Source: Octopus bimaculoides
Lineage: Eukaryota
Reading direction: 5' to 3'
NCBI RefSeq assembly: GCF_001194135.2
Contig: NC_069002.1
Location: 26,561,005 to 26,625,004, forward strand
DNA length: 64,000 nucleotides
The position numbers and the translations under genes were made by a program. Shown one piece after another: positions 1 to 12,414 of the stretch (the stretch's first letter is position 1; each line of letters begins with the position of its first letter). The notes under the pieces were generated by a model. That model searched no databases. It worked only from the letters and a program-made list of their open reading frames with translations, and was not told the origin of the DNA.

Positions 1-19
1 GGTGTGGAGTTGGAAAGTG

Positions 20-197
20 TAAGTTAGTCATATGTATGTTTGTACATATGTGCATGTGTGTGTGTGTGTGTGTGCATATGTGTGTGTACATGTGTGCGTG
101 TACGTATGTGTGTGTGTGTGTGTGCATGTACGTGTGTGTGTGTGTGTGCATATGTGTGTGTACATGTGTGCGTGTACGTATGTGTGTGTGTGCATGT

Positions 198-236
<39 letters not shown>
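20..236. repeat. (TG)n-based compound microsatellite with ~74 bp higher-order unit
   Basis: gcatatgtgtgtgtacatgtgtgcgtgtacgtatg recurs at 74 and 148; explains the His/Thr and Cys/Val ORFs. Confidence 0.95.
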
Positions 237-237
<1 letters not shown>

Positions 238-1231
238 TTGACAGGAATGGTGAAGAAGTCGCATGCATACATGAACAACCGTTATGATGAAAAGGAAGAA
301 TAGAAGAAGAATGGCAGAGGGCAGAGAATGAGTAGCAGAATTGGTTGAATGCCAGACTAAGATACCTTGCAGTATTTAGTTACAGAACTTTACGTTCTGA
401 GTTCAAATCCTTGCCAAAGTTCACTTCACCTCTTGTCTTTCCTTAATTGGTGCAGCAAGTGAATGCCGTGTACCAATCTAGCATGAGGTTGCTCTCGCTC
501 CTAAAATGCCTGGCTTTGTTAGGGGTCCCTACCACCACCACCACCACCACCACCACCACTGATACTACCACAACTTCCGTTGCTCCTGCTGTTCCCACAA
601 TTTTTTTTTTTTTTTGACCTTGAATGGATGAAATGTAAAATTGATTTTGGTGAGATTTGAACTCGGAATGTAAAGAACCAGAAAAAATACTTGCAAGACA
701 TTTTTCTCTGATTCTCCGATGATTCTGCAAAATCCTTTGAATTCCATTCTCCTTAATTTCTTACAAGAGAATCACAATCGGAAATTTAGGGTAGGGTTGT
801 GGGTGGGGGTGTTTAGAATGATCGTATTGACCCAGTATTTAACTGGTACTATATTTTGTAGACCCCTAGAAGGACGAATAGCAATGTAGTAGTGGTCGTG
901 GGTGGTGGAACTGCAGCTATTGGGGGCAATGGTGGTGGTGGTGGTGGATATTAAACAATAGTGAATTCTGTACAAAGAATATATGTATGGTTGTATATGT
1001 GTGTTTATATATATATATATGTATGTATATATGTATGTATGTATGTATAAGTATACATATTTCCATGTATATACACACACACATATATATACATATATGT
1101 GTGTGTATATATATATATATGCATATATATTATATATGCATATACATTCATACGTGCATACATATATATACACACACACACACACACACAAACACACATA
1201 TACAACCACACATATATTTTTTGTTTTTATT

Positions 1232-1435
1232 CTTTTACTTGTTTCAGTCATTTTGACTGTGGCCATGCTGAACTACCTTTAATTGAACAAATCGACCCCA
1301 GGAATTATTCTTTATAAGCCTAGTACTTATTTTATCGGCGTCTTTTGCCGAACTGCTAAGTTACATGGATGTAAACACACCAGCATCAGTTATCAAGCGA
1401 TGGTTGGGGGACAAACACTGACACACAAATACATA
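1232..1435 (-). mobile_element. SINE family A, 3' half
   Basis: Reverse complement of the 3' half of the full copy at 26379-26777 (…ccagcatggcc…gactgaaacaagtaaaaga). Confidence 0.85.
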
Positions 1436-1876
1436 CAAAGAAGCCAACACCATTTTGAAACAGTGAGACCTCGCCTGCAATCTTTGCCATACATGAGACA
1501 AAAACAAGATCTCACCTGCAACCATCATTTAAGGAAAAGACAACAACATTTTCCCTCTCATTCTTCTCACGCTGATGCCAAGCAAGACTTTGAAGCCAGG
1601 AGTTCACAGCAGACTTTTGTTCCACTGTGATACAGCATGGAGGTTATTAAACCCTCATGTGTATGGAAGAGAAGGCTAACTACGCACTGCTGTGAAGAGG
1701 GTTACTGAAAGCAAACCACTTGTACAAAGCACCAGTGAATAAACGGTTATTGAATTTACTCCGCCTGAGAACTTCATTCTTCATATTTCCAGCTCCTTGA
1801 ATCAACAGAATAATTATAACGGAAGGAGAAGATAGCCCAAAAGTATCATAAAAACCTTCCTTCCATTATAAAACGG

Positions 1877-1905
1877 TGACCCCGATGTAATTCGAACACG
1901 CAGCC
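1877..1905 (-). pseudogene. 3' half of a tRNA-Trp-like gene (T-arm plus acceptor strand) followed by TTTT
   Basis: Minus strand GGCTGCGTGTTCGAATTACATCGGGGTCA-CCGTTTT closely matches the metazoan tRNA-Trp 3' end (…GGYTGCGTGTTCRAATCACGTCGGGGTCA); 5' half absent. Confidence 0.7.
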
Positions 1906-1985
1906 AAGGTTCCACGCCATGGGACTGAACCCAGAATCATGTGGTTGGTAAGCAAGCTTCGTCCCACACAGTCACTCCTGCGCCT
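1906..1985 (-). mobile_element. SINE family A, 5' tRNA-like head
   Basis: Reverse complement of ggcgcaggagtg(g)ctgtgtgg…ggttcagtccc… as at 26379. Confidence 0.85.
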
Positions 1986-2799
1986 ACATGTATACAATAT
2001 ATGTAGGTGTGTATACATATTCATTGGAATGTAGCAAATTTACAGTCAGCTGTTAAAAAAAAAAGTTACTCCAGATTTCTGTCCACATTTCAACACCACC
2101 ACACTAAAATAATTACATTTCACACCATGGAGCTGCACATGTTGCAGCAATAATCATGTAATGAGACTTGAGTTGCTTCTCACACTCATTCTAATTTTAT
2201 AATAATTAACACAAGAAAGGTACTTGTTTTTTTTTATATTTATATGTTTGTGCAACAATGTTTTTATGCATCTGTTTCTATCTATCTATCTTTCTGTTCA
2301 TCTATTTTATCTATCCATCTATCAGTTTCTCTGCCTATCTTTCCTTCTTTCTTTCCATCCATCCATCCATCCATCTATCTATCTACATCTATATATCTCT
2401 CCATCTATTCACCCTGCCATCAATCTGTATGCTTTTGTGTGTGTGTGTGTGTGTGTGCGTGTGAATATGTGAACAAACAAAAATAGGAATCAATACATTT
2501 AGTTGAAGGTGTACTTAATTAACAAGTTGACTCAGCACTTACCTATATTGGATCACACACACACACACACAAATAGATAGATAGATATAGACAGACAGAC
2601 AGACAGACGGACAGATAGATAGGGAGAGAGATAGAGATATAGGTAGATAGATAGATTGAGAGATAGATAAATGAATAGATAGATAGATAGATAGATAGTT
2701 AGACAGAGTAGGTAAGTAGAGAGATAGATAGAGGCAGACAGACAGACAGAGACAGAAAGATAGGTACACAGATAGAGAGTAAAACAGATATAAATGTAG

Positions 2800-2852
<53 letters not shown>

Positions 2853-3142
2853 CACACATACATGATAATTGCTCCATCTTCACAGATTATTACTGTCTCC
2901 TTGTGCTTCCTTGTTGTCAATGACATTTCTGATTTTGCGTCTTTCTGCCCATGACCTTTCAGTTGACTATTCAGTCCCGCTGCAGTTCTGCTTGGTCTAT
3001 AAAGCATAGGTGACACACAAAAGTTGTAATTCACTGTGCATTTCCAACAGATTAGGTCTGTCCACGTTGCTACTCTTCCATTGTCGTAGGACTTTCTGTA
3101 GGTGGAGTGACAAATGAGGTCACCATAAAGAGACATCCATCT

Positions 3143-3378
3143 GTATTATTTCTTTACTACCCACAAGGGGCTACACACAGAGGGGACAAACAAGGACAGA
3201 CAAACGGATTAAGTCGATTATATTGACCCCAGTGCGTAATTGGTACTTATTTAATCGACCCCGAAAGGATGAAAGGCAGAGTCGACCTTGGCGGAATTTG
3301 AACTCAGAACATAGCGGCAGACGAAATACCGCTAAGCATTTCGCCCAGCGTGCTAACGTTTCTGCCAGCTCGCCACCT
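3143..3378 (-). mobile_element. SINE family B, full length
   Basis: ggcgagctggcagaaacgttagcacg…gagttcaaattcc B-box head; matches copies at 23225, 42397 and 62646. Confidence 0.9.
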
Positions 3379-3649
3379 TCTGTATGTCATCTGTATGTCA
3401 TTAGATTATAGTGATAAACACTTGTAGAATATGAGTACCACTCTTGGAGTTTCTGTAATCAGTACGTAGTGACCGGCCAAAGTGAGATGACCAGTGACCT
3501 TGTGAAACCACAGGTTTTACATTAGCGTGCCCTTTTCCAAGAAGGATGTTGTGACAACAGCAATGGGTCCCTCACTCCCAGTGGTTCTTCTGTATGCCCT
3601 GACACCAAGTTAGGAGATTTCTTTGTTCCTGTGTTCTGACGGATTGTCA

Positions 3650-3825
3650 TCATCATCATCTTCATCATCATCATTTAATGTCCGTGTTCCATGCTAGGAT
3701 GGGTGGAATGGTTCCACAAGAGTCAACCAGGCAAAAGCCTGCACCAGACTTCTGTGACTGTTTTGGCAGGATTTTTACAGCTGGATACCCTTCCTAACAC
3801 AACCCACTCAGCAGAGTGGACTGTG
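3650..3825 (-). mobile_element. SINE family C, 3' end with (GAT)n tail
   Basis: gaagggtatccagctgta…ccatcc…catggaa…cattaaatgatgatg; same tail as 16300-16455, 31790-31950 and 38715-38910. Confidence 0.75.
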
Positions 3826-4148
3826 AAACAGCTGTAACCTATGAAAGTTACATGGTTAAATAATTATTTATTCACTTCTCAAACTTCCTAACTCAATGGT
3901 TCTTTATATATATATATATACTAACAAATACCCCCCCATCCATTGGACAGTGTAAGTTAATGATAGGACTGGAGTCTAAAATAGTGTAATTCTGCTTCTG
4001 TCTGTGATGCTGTAGCGACTGCAGTAGAAATACCATTGCAAGCATGCCGGGGTTCTGGTTGTTGAGCAGTCTGTGATGCTCTGGCAATCAAAGTAGAAGC
4101 AGCATTGTGAGCACGTCAAAACACACATTGTTCTTCTGTCTCGCTTAC

Positions 4149-4229
4149 CACCGAGGAATGCAAAATGGAAGCATTTTGTGTTTTTCTGCCAATATGGCTC
4201 TTGCTTTTTTGGGGCATCCTATCAAAAAT
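4149..4229 (-). CDS. Candidate exon, unidentified (phase 0: IFDRMPQKSKSHIGRKTQNASILHSSV)
   Basis: Acceptor gattcattctattacag, donor GTG|gtaagc, 81 nt; two frames open from this acceptor; no homology recognised. Confidence 0.3.
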
Positions 4230-5719
4230 CTGTAATAGAATGAATCTTTAAAAAAAATTAATTAAATTTACCTCATTGCTGTTTGTAAGCTCTAAGTATG
4301 GCATTTCAACACAAAAAATTCCCACAACGCTAAAGCACACAATTATTTGTAGTGGTATTGTAAGCACCAAATGGCACATGGATGCAGACAGTTGTGAATG
4401 AGCATTCACATCTATAAGCACATGTGGACAGAACATATTTTGAGAAAATCGATATTCTATCGACCAGAAGTGCAATTGTGATAAAATGTAAACGATCAAT
4501 GCAAACACCAGTGCACTGACAGGTAGCTGAAGGTAAAGGGTATTTCTAAGAAATATCACACCTAAGTGCAAAATTTAAATAAAAAGAATGTGCAAATCAA
4601 AAACGGTTTCTAGGACTTCTCAGAAAATGAAAAACAGCCAAAACCGGGCTTCTTTGGGAAAAAAGGATGTTAGCATTAAAATTACCTTATATTAATTTGG
4701 AAGTAATGAAAATTCTTTATGAATAAAGCTGTTTAAGTCCATGTAAATGGAAAACTTCAAATGGGATATAGGGTTCGGTAATGTGCGATGTTGACCGATA
4801 AATTAGCAAATGTTGTGGATGAATAAGCGACCAGAACCGACCGAATAGTGCTTTTTTTTAGAATGTAACCAATGAATTTGATCTGTAAAATTCGTAAAAA
4901 TGATTTGATGAATTTGACAAAATATCATTCAGTTATGTTTACTGATATAAAATAACTCATAATTTGAAATGTTGATACTAATATTCCTTCTTCATGAAAT
5001 GGAATTAAAGAATAAACAATGGGTATGTACATGTCAAATTGAGTGAGTCATGCAAAAGTAAAAAAATACCGCTCATTTTTTGTTTTATATAAGAAACTGT
5101 TAGCTAAAGTTTTAGATATTTGTCACCCAAATTTTCACATTCAATTACCAACTAATTTGTCGTATTCTACTGTCAATTGAATTTTGTTGTGAGAAAATAT
5201 TCACTCAGTTGATTGATCACCAATTAGTGCCATTTATTCATTAAAGTTAATATCTTATTTCATTTTTACTTATTCAAAATAATTGCCTCATCTTCTTACT
5301 CTTTTGTGTCAGCTTATTTATTAAATGCCAGGATGTACGTGTTCGAGTACAGTTCATTCTAGAATGATATCAATTTTTACTGCAGTCACATATGTTCTTT
5401 CATGAAATTGCTTAGAAAGCTTAATGCAATTAATGCTCTGATGCTGATTGGATGAACATAGTAGCTGTTCGAATGGGATTTGTGGAATGATAGCCAATAA
5501 GCATTATTGAAATCAGATTTTCCATCAAGGTTTTGATTAAAAAAAGGCATATCTCAATTTGAAACTAACGATTATGTTATGAAATGTAACTGATGCACCC
5601 ACTGTGACGTCTTTTACCTATGTGTAAAATTTCAGTGTGATCAGTTGAAAAATATGGCCGTTATAATCTTTTACACACATGCAAGAACAGGATTTATATA
5701 TTATATATATATATATATA

Positions 5720-5882
5720 TGTGACAGGCTTCTTTCAGTTTCTATCTACCAAATCCACTCACAGGGCTTTGGTCAGCCCAAGGCTAGAGAAGAAGACACT
5801 TGCCCAAGGCGCCACACAGTAGGACTGAACCTGGAACCATGTGGTTGGGAAGCAAGCTTCTTACCACACAGCCACGCCTGTA
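5720..5882 (-). mobile_element. SINE family A, 5' half
   Basis: Reverse complement match to 26379-26540. Confidence 0.85.
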
Positions 5883-6330
5883 TATAAATTTTTTTTTTTT
5901 ATTAAACTAAATTTAGATAATTTAATAATTATATATATAACACGAACGTGTATGATACATAAATTGTACAAAACCTCATTAAAATCCAAATCCGAAGCTG
6001 AAGAAAACAGAACATAAGTGAAGGAAGAAAATAAAAAGGAAGAAAAAGGAGAAAAAAGGGGGGAAAAGAAAGAAAAACTGTCAATTCAACACTAAGTGCT
6101 TCAATTGGTCACACATCACAAGGTTCAATGGCACAATATTGACTTGTAAACCTTTAATATATATGATCGTATATTATGGTTCTAAAGCAAAATAGTGTGT
6201 TCTCGATAGCAATTAATATACACACACACACATGTATATTGTGTGTGTGTGAGTGAGAGAGAGAGAGAGAGAGAGAGTGTGTGTATGGGAGAGCAAGTGT
6301 GAGAGAAAGGGATGATATGGTGAAGAATAC

Positions 6331-6408
6331 CTTCCTTTCATTTGTTGTTGGTTTTGTGTTGTAAAAATTAACATCAAAGACAGGGAAGCATATTTCATCT
6401 AAATATTT
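6331..6408 (-). CDS. Candidate exon, unidentified (KYLDEICFPVFDVNFYNTKPTTNERK)
   Basis: Acceptor catttctgctttaaacag, donor AAG|gtattc, 78 nt, phase-compatible with 4149-4229; alternative acceptor at 6398. Confidence 0.3.
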
Positions 6409-6949
6409 CTGTTTAAAGCAGAAATGCTAATTTAAGATATTGATAAAAGAGTTACGTTGAGTGCTTTGCCTCCGTTTAACTTAGAACACATAACAACATT
6501 TTTGTCTTTTATCGCTTAGTTTTGAATGGTGTCGTAAACTAGCAGCATGTCATTGTATATTGGAGAAATACACAAGAGGAGAAAGTGTGTAAATCCTTGC
6601 ATGCTTTTAGCTATTAAAAGGTTTGAAAATATTTATTTTTTACGTATCTTCATATAAAAATAGATTTGCTGCCAGTTCATGAAATATTGTCCATACAACT
6701 CTGAGTCTAAAACTCCCTCTAGTGTTGACAATTTAAACACCACCAGAAAGGGAGATAATTCCATTTAGATTGCTTCAGTTAGTACAAGCATGGCTGTATG
6801 GTTAAGAAGTTTGCTTTGCAGCCGTGTGGTTTCGGGTTCAGCCCTTCTTAAGTGTCTTCTACTATACCTTTGGGCTGACCAATGCCTCGTGAGGAATTTG
6901 GTTGGAAACTGTGCAGAAGCCTGTCATGTGTATATAACTGGCATTCTGT

Positions 6950-7190
6950 TGGATATGACGACGAGGGTTCAAGTTGATCTGATCACCAGAGCAGCATCCT
7001 CGTGAAATTAACATACATGTGGCTGAGTACTCCACAGCCACATGTACCCTTAAAGTAGTTCTCAGGGAGATTCAGCAAGACACAGAGCGTGACAAGGCTG
7101 GTCCCTTTGAATTGCACACATGACTCATTTTTGCCAGCTGAGGAGACTGGAGCAACATGAAATACCCTAAACACTAAGCCATGCACCATC
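6950..7190 (-). mobile_element. SINE family O fragment
   Basis: Reverse complement similarity to 37250-37420 (gtacccttaa…gttctcagggagattcagc…gtgacaaggctgg). Confidence 0.75.
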
Positions 7191-7440
7191 ATGATGTGTG
7201 TGGTGGGGTGTCCATTTATGTTTGTGTCTTGCCACTTAGCAAGTGGTGTAGGTTTCTTTACATCCCTATAACTTAGCAGTTAAGCACGAAGACATTTGAT
7301 ACAGTAAGTATGAGACTTTAAAATAATTACTAGGCTTGATTTAATCCATGGATACCCTTCGAAACAATATTCCAGCATGGGCACAGTCCAGTGACCAAAC
7401 TAGGTCAAAGAATAAAAGAATGGAATTTTCAGAGAATGCA

Positions 7441-7816
7441 ATATTCTCATATTTCGGAATGATAATTTTTTTTTTTTTTTACCTTCTTGCCAAATAGACA
7501 CACACACTGTATATTTGTTCTTCACTTATTTATTTTTATGCTTATTTTTTCTTCTGTCCATGGTCTGGAAATCTTTCATCGCACACTTGTGACCTCTTCA
7601 GCGACTCTTCCATCCATGTGTTTCCTCCTGTTCTATTCAGTCCATTCTCTGAGAATGGAAGAGTCACTGAAGAGGTCACAAATGTGTGACGAAAGATTTC
7701 CACTCATTGGACATAAGATATAATAAGTACAATAATAAACCAGTGAAGAACAAATATACAGTGTGTGTGTGTTTATTTAGCAAGAAAAAAATGACCGTCC
7801 CAAAGTATAACAATAT
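7441..7816. repeat. ~375 bp imperfect fold-back element with an HHR-like core in each arm
   Basis: 7441-7613 is the reverse complement of about 7655-7816; CUGAAGA-G-GUCACA-AAUG-UGUGAC-GAAA at 7667-7694. Confidence 0.85.
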
Positions 7817-8439
7817 CTGTTTCAACACACGAAGTTACATCAGGAATCTTTACAAAACAAATCCATAAGCATAACAATNNNNNNNNNNNNNNNNNNNNNN
7901 NNNNNNNNNNNNNNNNNNNNNNNNNNNNNNNNNNNNNNNNNNNNNNNNNNNNNNNNNNNNNNNNNNNNNNNNNNNNNNNNNNNNNNNNNNNNNNNNNNNN
8001 NNNNNNNNNNNNNNNNNNNNNNNNNNNNNNNNNNNNNNNNNNNNNNNNNNNNNNNNNNNNNNNNNNNNNNNNNNNNNNNNNNNNNNNNNNNNNNNNNNNN
8101 NNNNNNNNNNNNNNNNNNNNNNNNNNNNNNNNNNNNNNNNNNNNNNNNNNNNNNNNNNNNNNNNNNNNNNNNNNNNNNNNNNNNNNNNNNNNNNNNNNNN
8201 NTTTTTTTTTTTTTTTTTTTTTTTTTGTGATGGACAATTAATTACGGGTATTGAAAAAAAAAATGCTTTGATCTGGAGTCATGTGTTGAAACTGAAGCAC
8301 CTGCAGCATGGGAAACATGAGTTAGCCATTCAGAACCACAGAAAGAAGACTGTCAACTTCACTTCAACATTCATCTTCATACAATGGATGCAGTGTCGAA
8401 ATTTCCATTGCTCAAAACTGCAACCTGGTCACTGACAAA

Positions 8440-8700
8440 AAAAATGAAATGCTGCAAAATTCATGTGACTGAGTATTCCACAGACATGTGTACCCTTAAT
8501 GTACTTCTCAGGGAGATTCAGCATGAAACAGAATGTGACAAGGCTGGTCCTTTCAAATACAGGTGCAACGCATTTTTTGCCATAAGATTGGACTGGAACA
8601 TGAAATAAAGTTTGTTGCTCAAGGACAGAACTCTCTGCCAGGAATTGAACTCATGACCTCACGACTGTGATCCAAATACCCTAACCACTAAGCCAAACAC
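8440..8700 (-). mobile_element. SINE family O-related fragment
   Basis: gtggctgagtattccacagacatgtgtacccttaa-type core shared with 37330-37360 and 50865-50960. Confidence 0.7.
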
Positions 8701-9024
8701 ACACACACACTGGGTTGTCTCTTTCACTGTATGAGATGAAGTCATACAAGCATGACAAGCATGATGCCCCAAAACTTTTATAAGTTCATTCACTCTGCTA
8801 ACAATAGAAACCAAATCACTTTTAGTGATACTTATCATCTTAAACAGGAAAAACCGAACGTTGGGTCTTGTCGGCCTAGATGTAGTGTGTCTGGATGAAA
8901 AGGTGGGAATGCTTAAGGTTGAAATTGTTAAGAGCAGCCTGATCAGGGTTGGCCCTGGGGGCCAAGGAAGAACAACAAATAATACAAATACGAGGCATGA
9001 AACCTGAACTGCAAAGCTCCACTA

Positions 9025-9192
9025 TTTGACCGTGGCCATGCTGGAGCACCGCCTTTTAGTCGAACAAATCGACTCTAGGACTTATTCTTTGTTAGCCTCG
9101 TACTTATTCTATCGGTCTCTTTTGCCGAACTGCTAGGTTACAGGGACGTAAACACACCAGCATCAGTTGTCAAGCGATGTTGTGGGGAACAA

Positions 9193-9257
<65 letters not shown>

Positions 9258-9420
9258 CAACGGGCTTGTTTCAGTTTCCGTCTACCAAATCCACTCACAA
9301 GGCTTTGGTCGGCCCAAGGCTATAGTAGAAGACACTTGCCCGAGGTGCCACGCAGTTGGACTGAAGCAGAAACATGTGGTTAGTAAACAAGCCAATTACC
9401 ACACAGCCACTCCTACGTCT
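9025..9420 (-). mobile_element. SINE family A, full length with internal (CA)n(TA)n
   Basis: Both halves match 26379-26777 in reverse. Confidence 0.9.
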
Positions 9421-9934
9421 ATGTTTATTATTAGTTATTGACTCACAACAAACAACCAAACAAACAAACAAAGCGGTTTTTACAAAGAGTTAGTTGTATT
9501 GTTTGTAAATATTAGTGCAAGTGTGGTTGTGTGGTAAGAAGCTTGTTTCCTCATCATGCAGACTTGAGTTCAGTTGCATTGCATAGTACCTTTGGCATTG
9601 TCTTCTTCTTTTGCCCCAGGTTAAACATAGCCTTGTGAGAGGATTTCGTAAACAGAAAAATGAATCAGGTCAGCCACATACACACACACACACACACACA
9701 TATATATATCACGTGATAATGTGACCGATCAGGCTATCAGATGTTGTTGCACATCTCTGGTTACAATATAGTTTGCATTGTTTTAGCCTTCAAATGACGC
9801 CCCCACCCTGTTGACTAGGCAAGCAGACCAGCATTCCCCCATGATGGAAAGGTGGCCTGGAGCAATGTGCAAGGAAGTGTTTTGCTCACGAACACAATGT
9901 GCCACTTATTCAAGGAATCGATTGCCAAGCAATG

Positions 9935-10250
9935 GTAGGGAGACAAACACAGACACACACACACACACACATATATATGACAGGCGTCTTTCAGTTTCCA
10001 TCTACCGAATCCACTCACAAAGGTTTGATTGGCCCGAGGCTATAGTAGAAGGCACTGGCCCAAGGTGCCACAGGCGCAGGAGTAGCTGTGTGGTAAGTAG
10101 CTTGATTACCAACCACATGGTTCCAGGTTCATTCCCGCTGTGTGGCACCTTTGGAAAGTGTCTTCTACTTTAGCCTCGGGCTGACCAAAGCCTTGTGAGT
10201 GGATTTGGTTGACAGTAACTGAAAGAAGCCCGTCATATATATTTATATAT
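9935..10250. mobile_element. Head-to-head pair of SINE A copies
   Basis: Minus copy truncated at 10072 abuts a plus copy starting ggcgcagg at 10073. Confidence 0.85.
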
Positions 10251-10903
10251 ATATACATACATATATATNNNNNNNNNNNNNNNNNNNNNNNNNNNNNNNN
10301 NNNNNNNNNNNNNNNNNNNNNNNNNNNNNNNNNNNNNNNNNNNNNNNNNNNNNNNNNNNNNNNNNNNNNNNNNNNNNNNNNNNNNNNNNNNNNNNNNNNN
10401 NNNNNNNNNNNNNNNNNNNNNNNNNNNNNNNNNNNNNNNNNNNNNNNNNNNNNNNNNNNNNNNNNNNNNNNNNNNNNNNNNNNNNNNNNNNNNNNNNNNN
10501 NNNNNNNNNNNNNNNNNNNNNNNNNNNNNNNNNNNNNNNNNNNNNNNNNNNNNNNNNNNNNNNNNNNNNNNNNNNNNNNNNNNNNNNNNNNNNNNNNNNN
10601 NNNNNNNNNNNNNNNNNNNNATGCATGTCTGTTTGGTGATGCAAATTGGAAAATAGAACTGAAAGCAAATATAGATATTCATTCTTTATTCATAATCAAC
10701 CGAAGTTCCAGACTGACTCGAGGGCCAACAGTTTCGTTTGTCACAATTTATGTTCCTAACACTAGCTGAATGATAACTAAGTTATTTTACTAAATTCTTT
10801 GTTATATTTAAAATTAATTGAAAGAAACACAGAACATCTCAACAGAAATACAGTAAGAAAAGGATTAAACAAATAATTCAGATAAGTGCCAATTGCTAAT
10901 AAA

Positions 10904-10939
<36 letters not shown>

Positions 10940-11409
10940 CTTTGTGTTTGAGCTTGTTCTGCACCACTATTTCACAACCAGTGTTGGTACGTTTATTCTT
11001 TGAAACTTAGTTGTTTGGCAAGAAGTATTTGAAGAATAAAACAGTATAATCAGAGATGTTTTGCCTTAAGCAAATAGAAATAAATGAGTGGGACCAAATT
11101 CTCTGTCGTTAGGAAGGAGGTATTTTGTTCGTCTCTTATAAAGAATTTTTGTCCATAATGTTAGACTTTTACTCTTCCACTGAGCAAAATAATTTATCCC
11201 ATTTGAATTATTTATTGAATAATAGTTCTATAGAATTTGGTCTCACTACGTGGTCACCTTGGCCAAAGGCCTTCCTCTGCCTCAAACTGACCAAAGCCTT
11301 GAGAGTGGATTTGGTAGATGGAAAATGAAAAACATCATTGACATATATATATACATATGTGTGTGTGCGTTTGGGTGTCTATGTATGTATGTATGTATGT
11401 ATGTATCTA

Positions 11410-11447
<38 letters not shown>

Positions 11448-11519
11448 TAGATAGATAGATAGATAGACAGATAGATAAATAGATAGATAGATAAATAGAT
11501 CGATATAGGTGTGTGTATG

Positions 11520-11822
11520 TGTGTGGTTAGAGCATCGGGTTTACAATCATGAGGCTGTGAGTTCAATTCCAGGACTAGGTTGTGCATTGGATTCTTAAAC
11601 TACAGTTCACTCAGCTGTAGAAATGAGTTGTGACATCACTGGTGCCAAGCTGTATTGGCCCCTTTGCCTTTCTCTTGGATAACATCAGTGGTGTGAAGAG
11701 GGGAGGCTGGTACACATGGGTGACTGCTGGTTTTCCATAAACAACCTTGCCTGGACTTGTGCCTTGGAGGGGAACTTTCTAGGTGCAATCCCATGGTCAG
11801 TCTTGATTGAAGAGGGTTTCTG
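11520..11822 (+). mobile_element. SINE family F (tRNA-like head)
   Basis: tggttagagc…gagttcaattcc A/B-box-like head; body recurs inverted at 50665-50843. Confidence 0.7.
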
Positions 11823-12113
11823 ACTTTACACACACACACACACACATATAAATAAATATTTGTATATCTGTTTANNNNNNNNNNNNNNNNNNNNNNNNNN
11901 NNNNNNNNNNNNNNNNNNNNNNNNNNNNNNNNNNNNNNNNNNNNNNNNNNNNNNNNNNNNNNNNNNNNNNNNNNNNNNNNNNNNNNNNNNNNNNNNNNNN
12001 NNNNNNNNNNNNNNNNNNNNNNNNNNNNNNNNNNNNNNNNNNNNNNNNNNNNNNNNNNNNNNNNNNNNNNNNNNNNNNNNNNNNNNNNNNNNNNNNNNNN
12101 NNNNNNNNNNNNN

Positions 12114-12167
<54 letters not shown>

Positions 12168-12414
12168 TATACATATATATACACATATAAATGTCTATGT
12201 ATTTATCTACCTATATGTACATAGACATCTATATAAATATTTATATATATGTCTATACACATATAGACAGATACATAGATATTTGTGTGTGTGCGTGTAT
12301 ACATGTATAAATATTTATCTGACTATCTATCTATGTATATATATATACACACACACATACATAATATTTATGTATCTATCTGTATGTATAAAGAAGCCCA
12401 TCATATATATATAT

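Noticed and set aside
482-615. MRLLSLLKCLALLGVPTTTT… signal-peptide plus mucin-like mini ORF
   Set aside because: The Thr run is an (ACC)n microsatellite and the frame runs into poly-T with no donor site
1517-1650. Minus-strand open stretch ending at CAG|gtgaga
   Set aside because: No convincing acceptor, no recognisable homology, and it lies within the chimeric SINE insert
2930-2952. 16/18 nt match to 4172-4190, both reading GRKTQN with synonymous differences
   Set aside because: The frame at 2930 is boxed by stops within 13 codons and flanks do not align; probably chance
4250-5695. 1.4 kb AT-rich complex segment that may be a decayed DNA transposon, with a 107 aa minus ORF
   Set aside because: No TIR, TSD or transposase motif could be identified from the sequence
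8848-8902. Plus candidate exon KNRTLGLVGLDVVCLDEK
   Set aside because: Weak donor, and it runs into a repeat-like tail (gatcagggttggccctgggg…aacaacaa)
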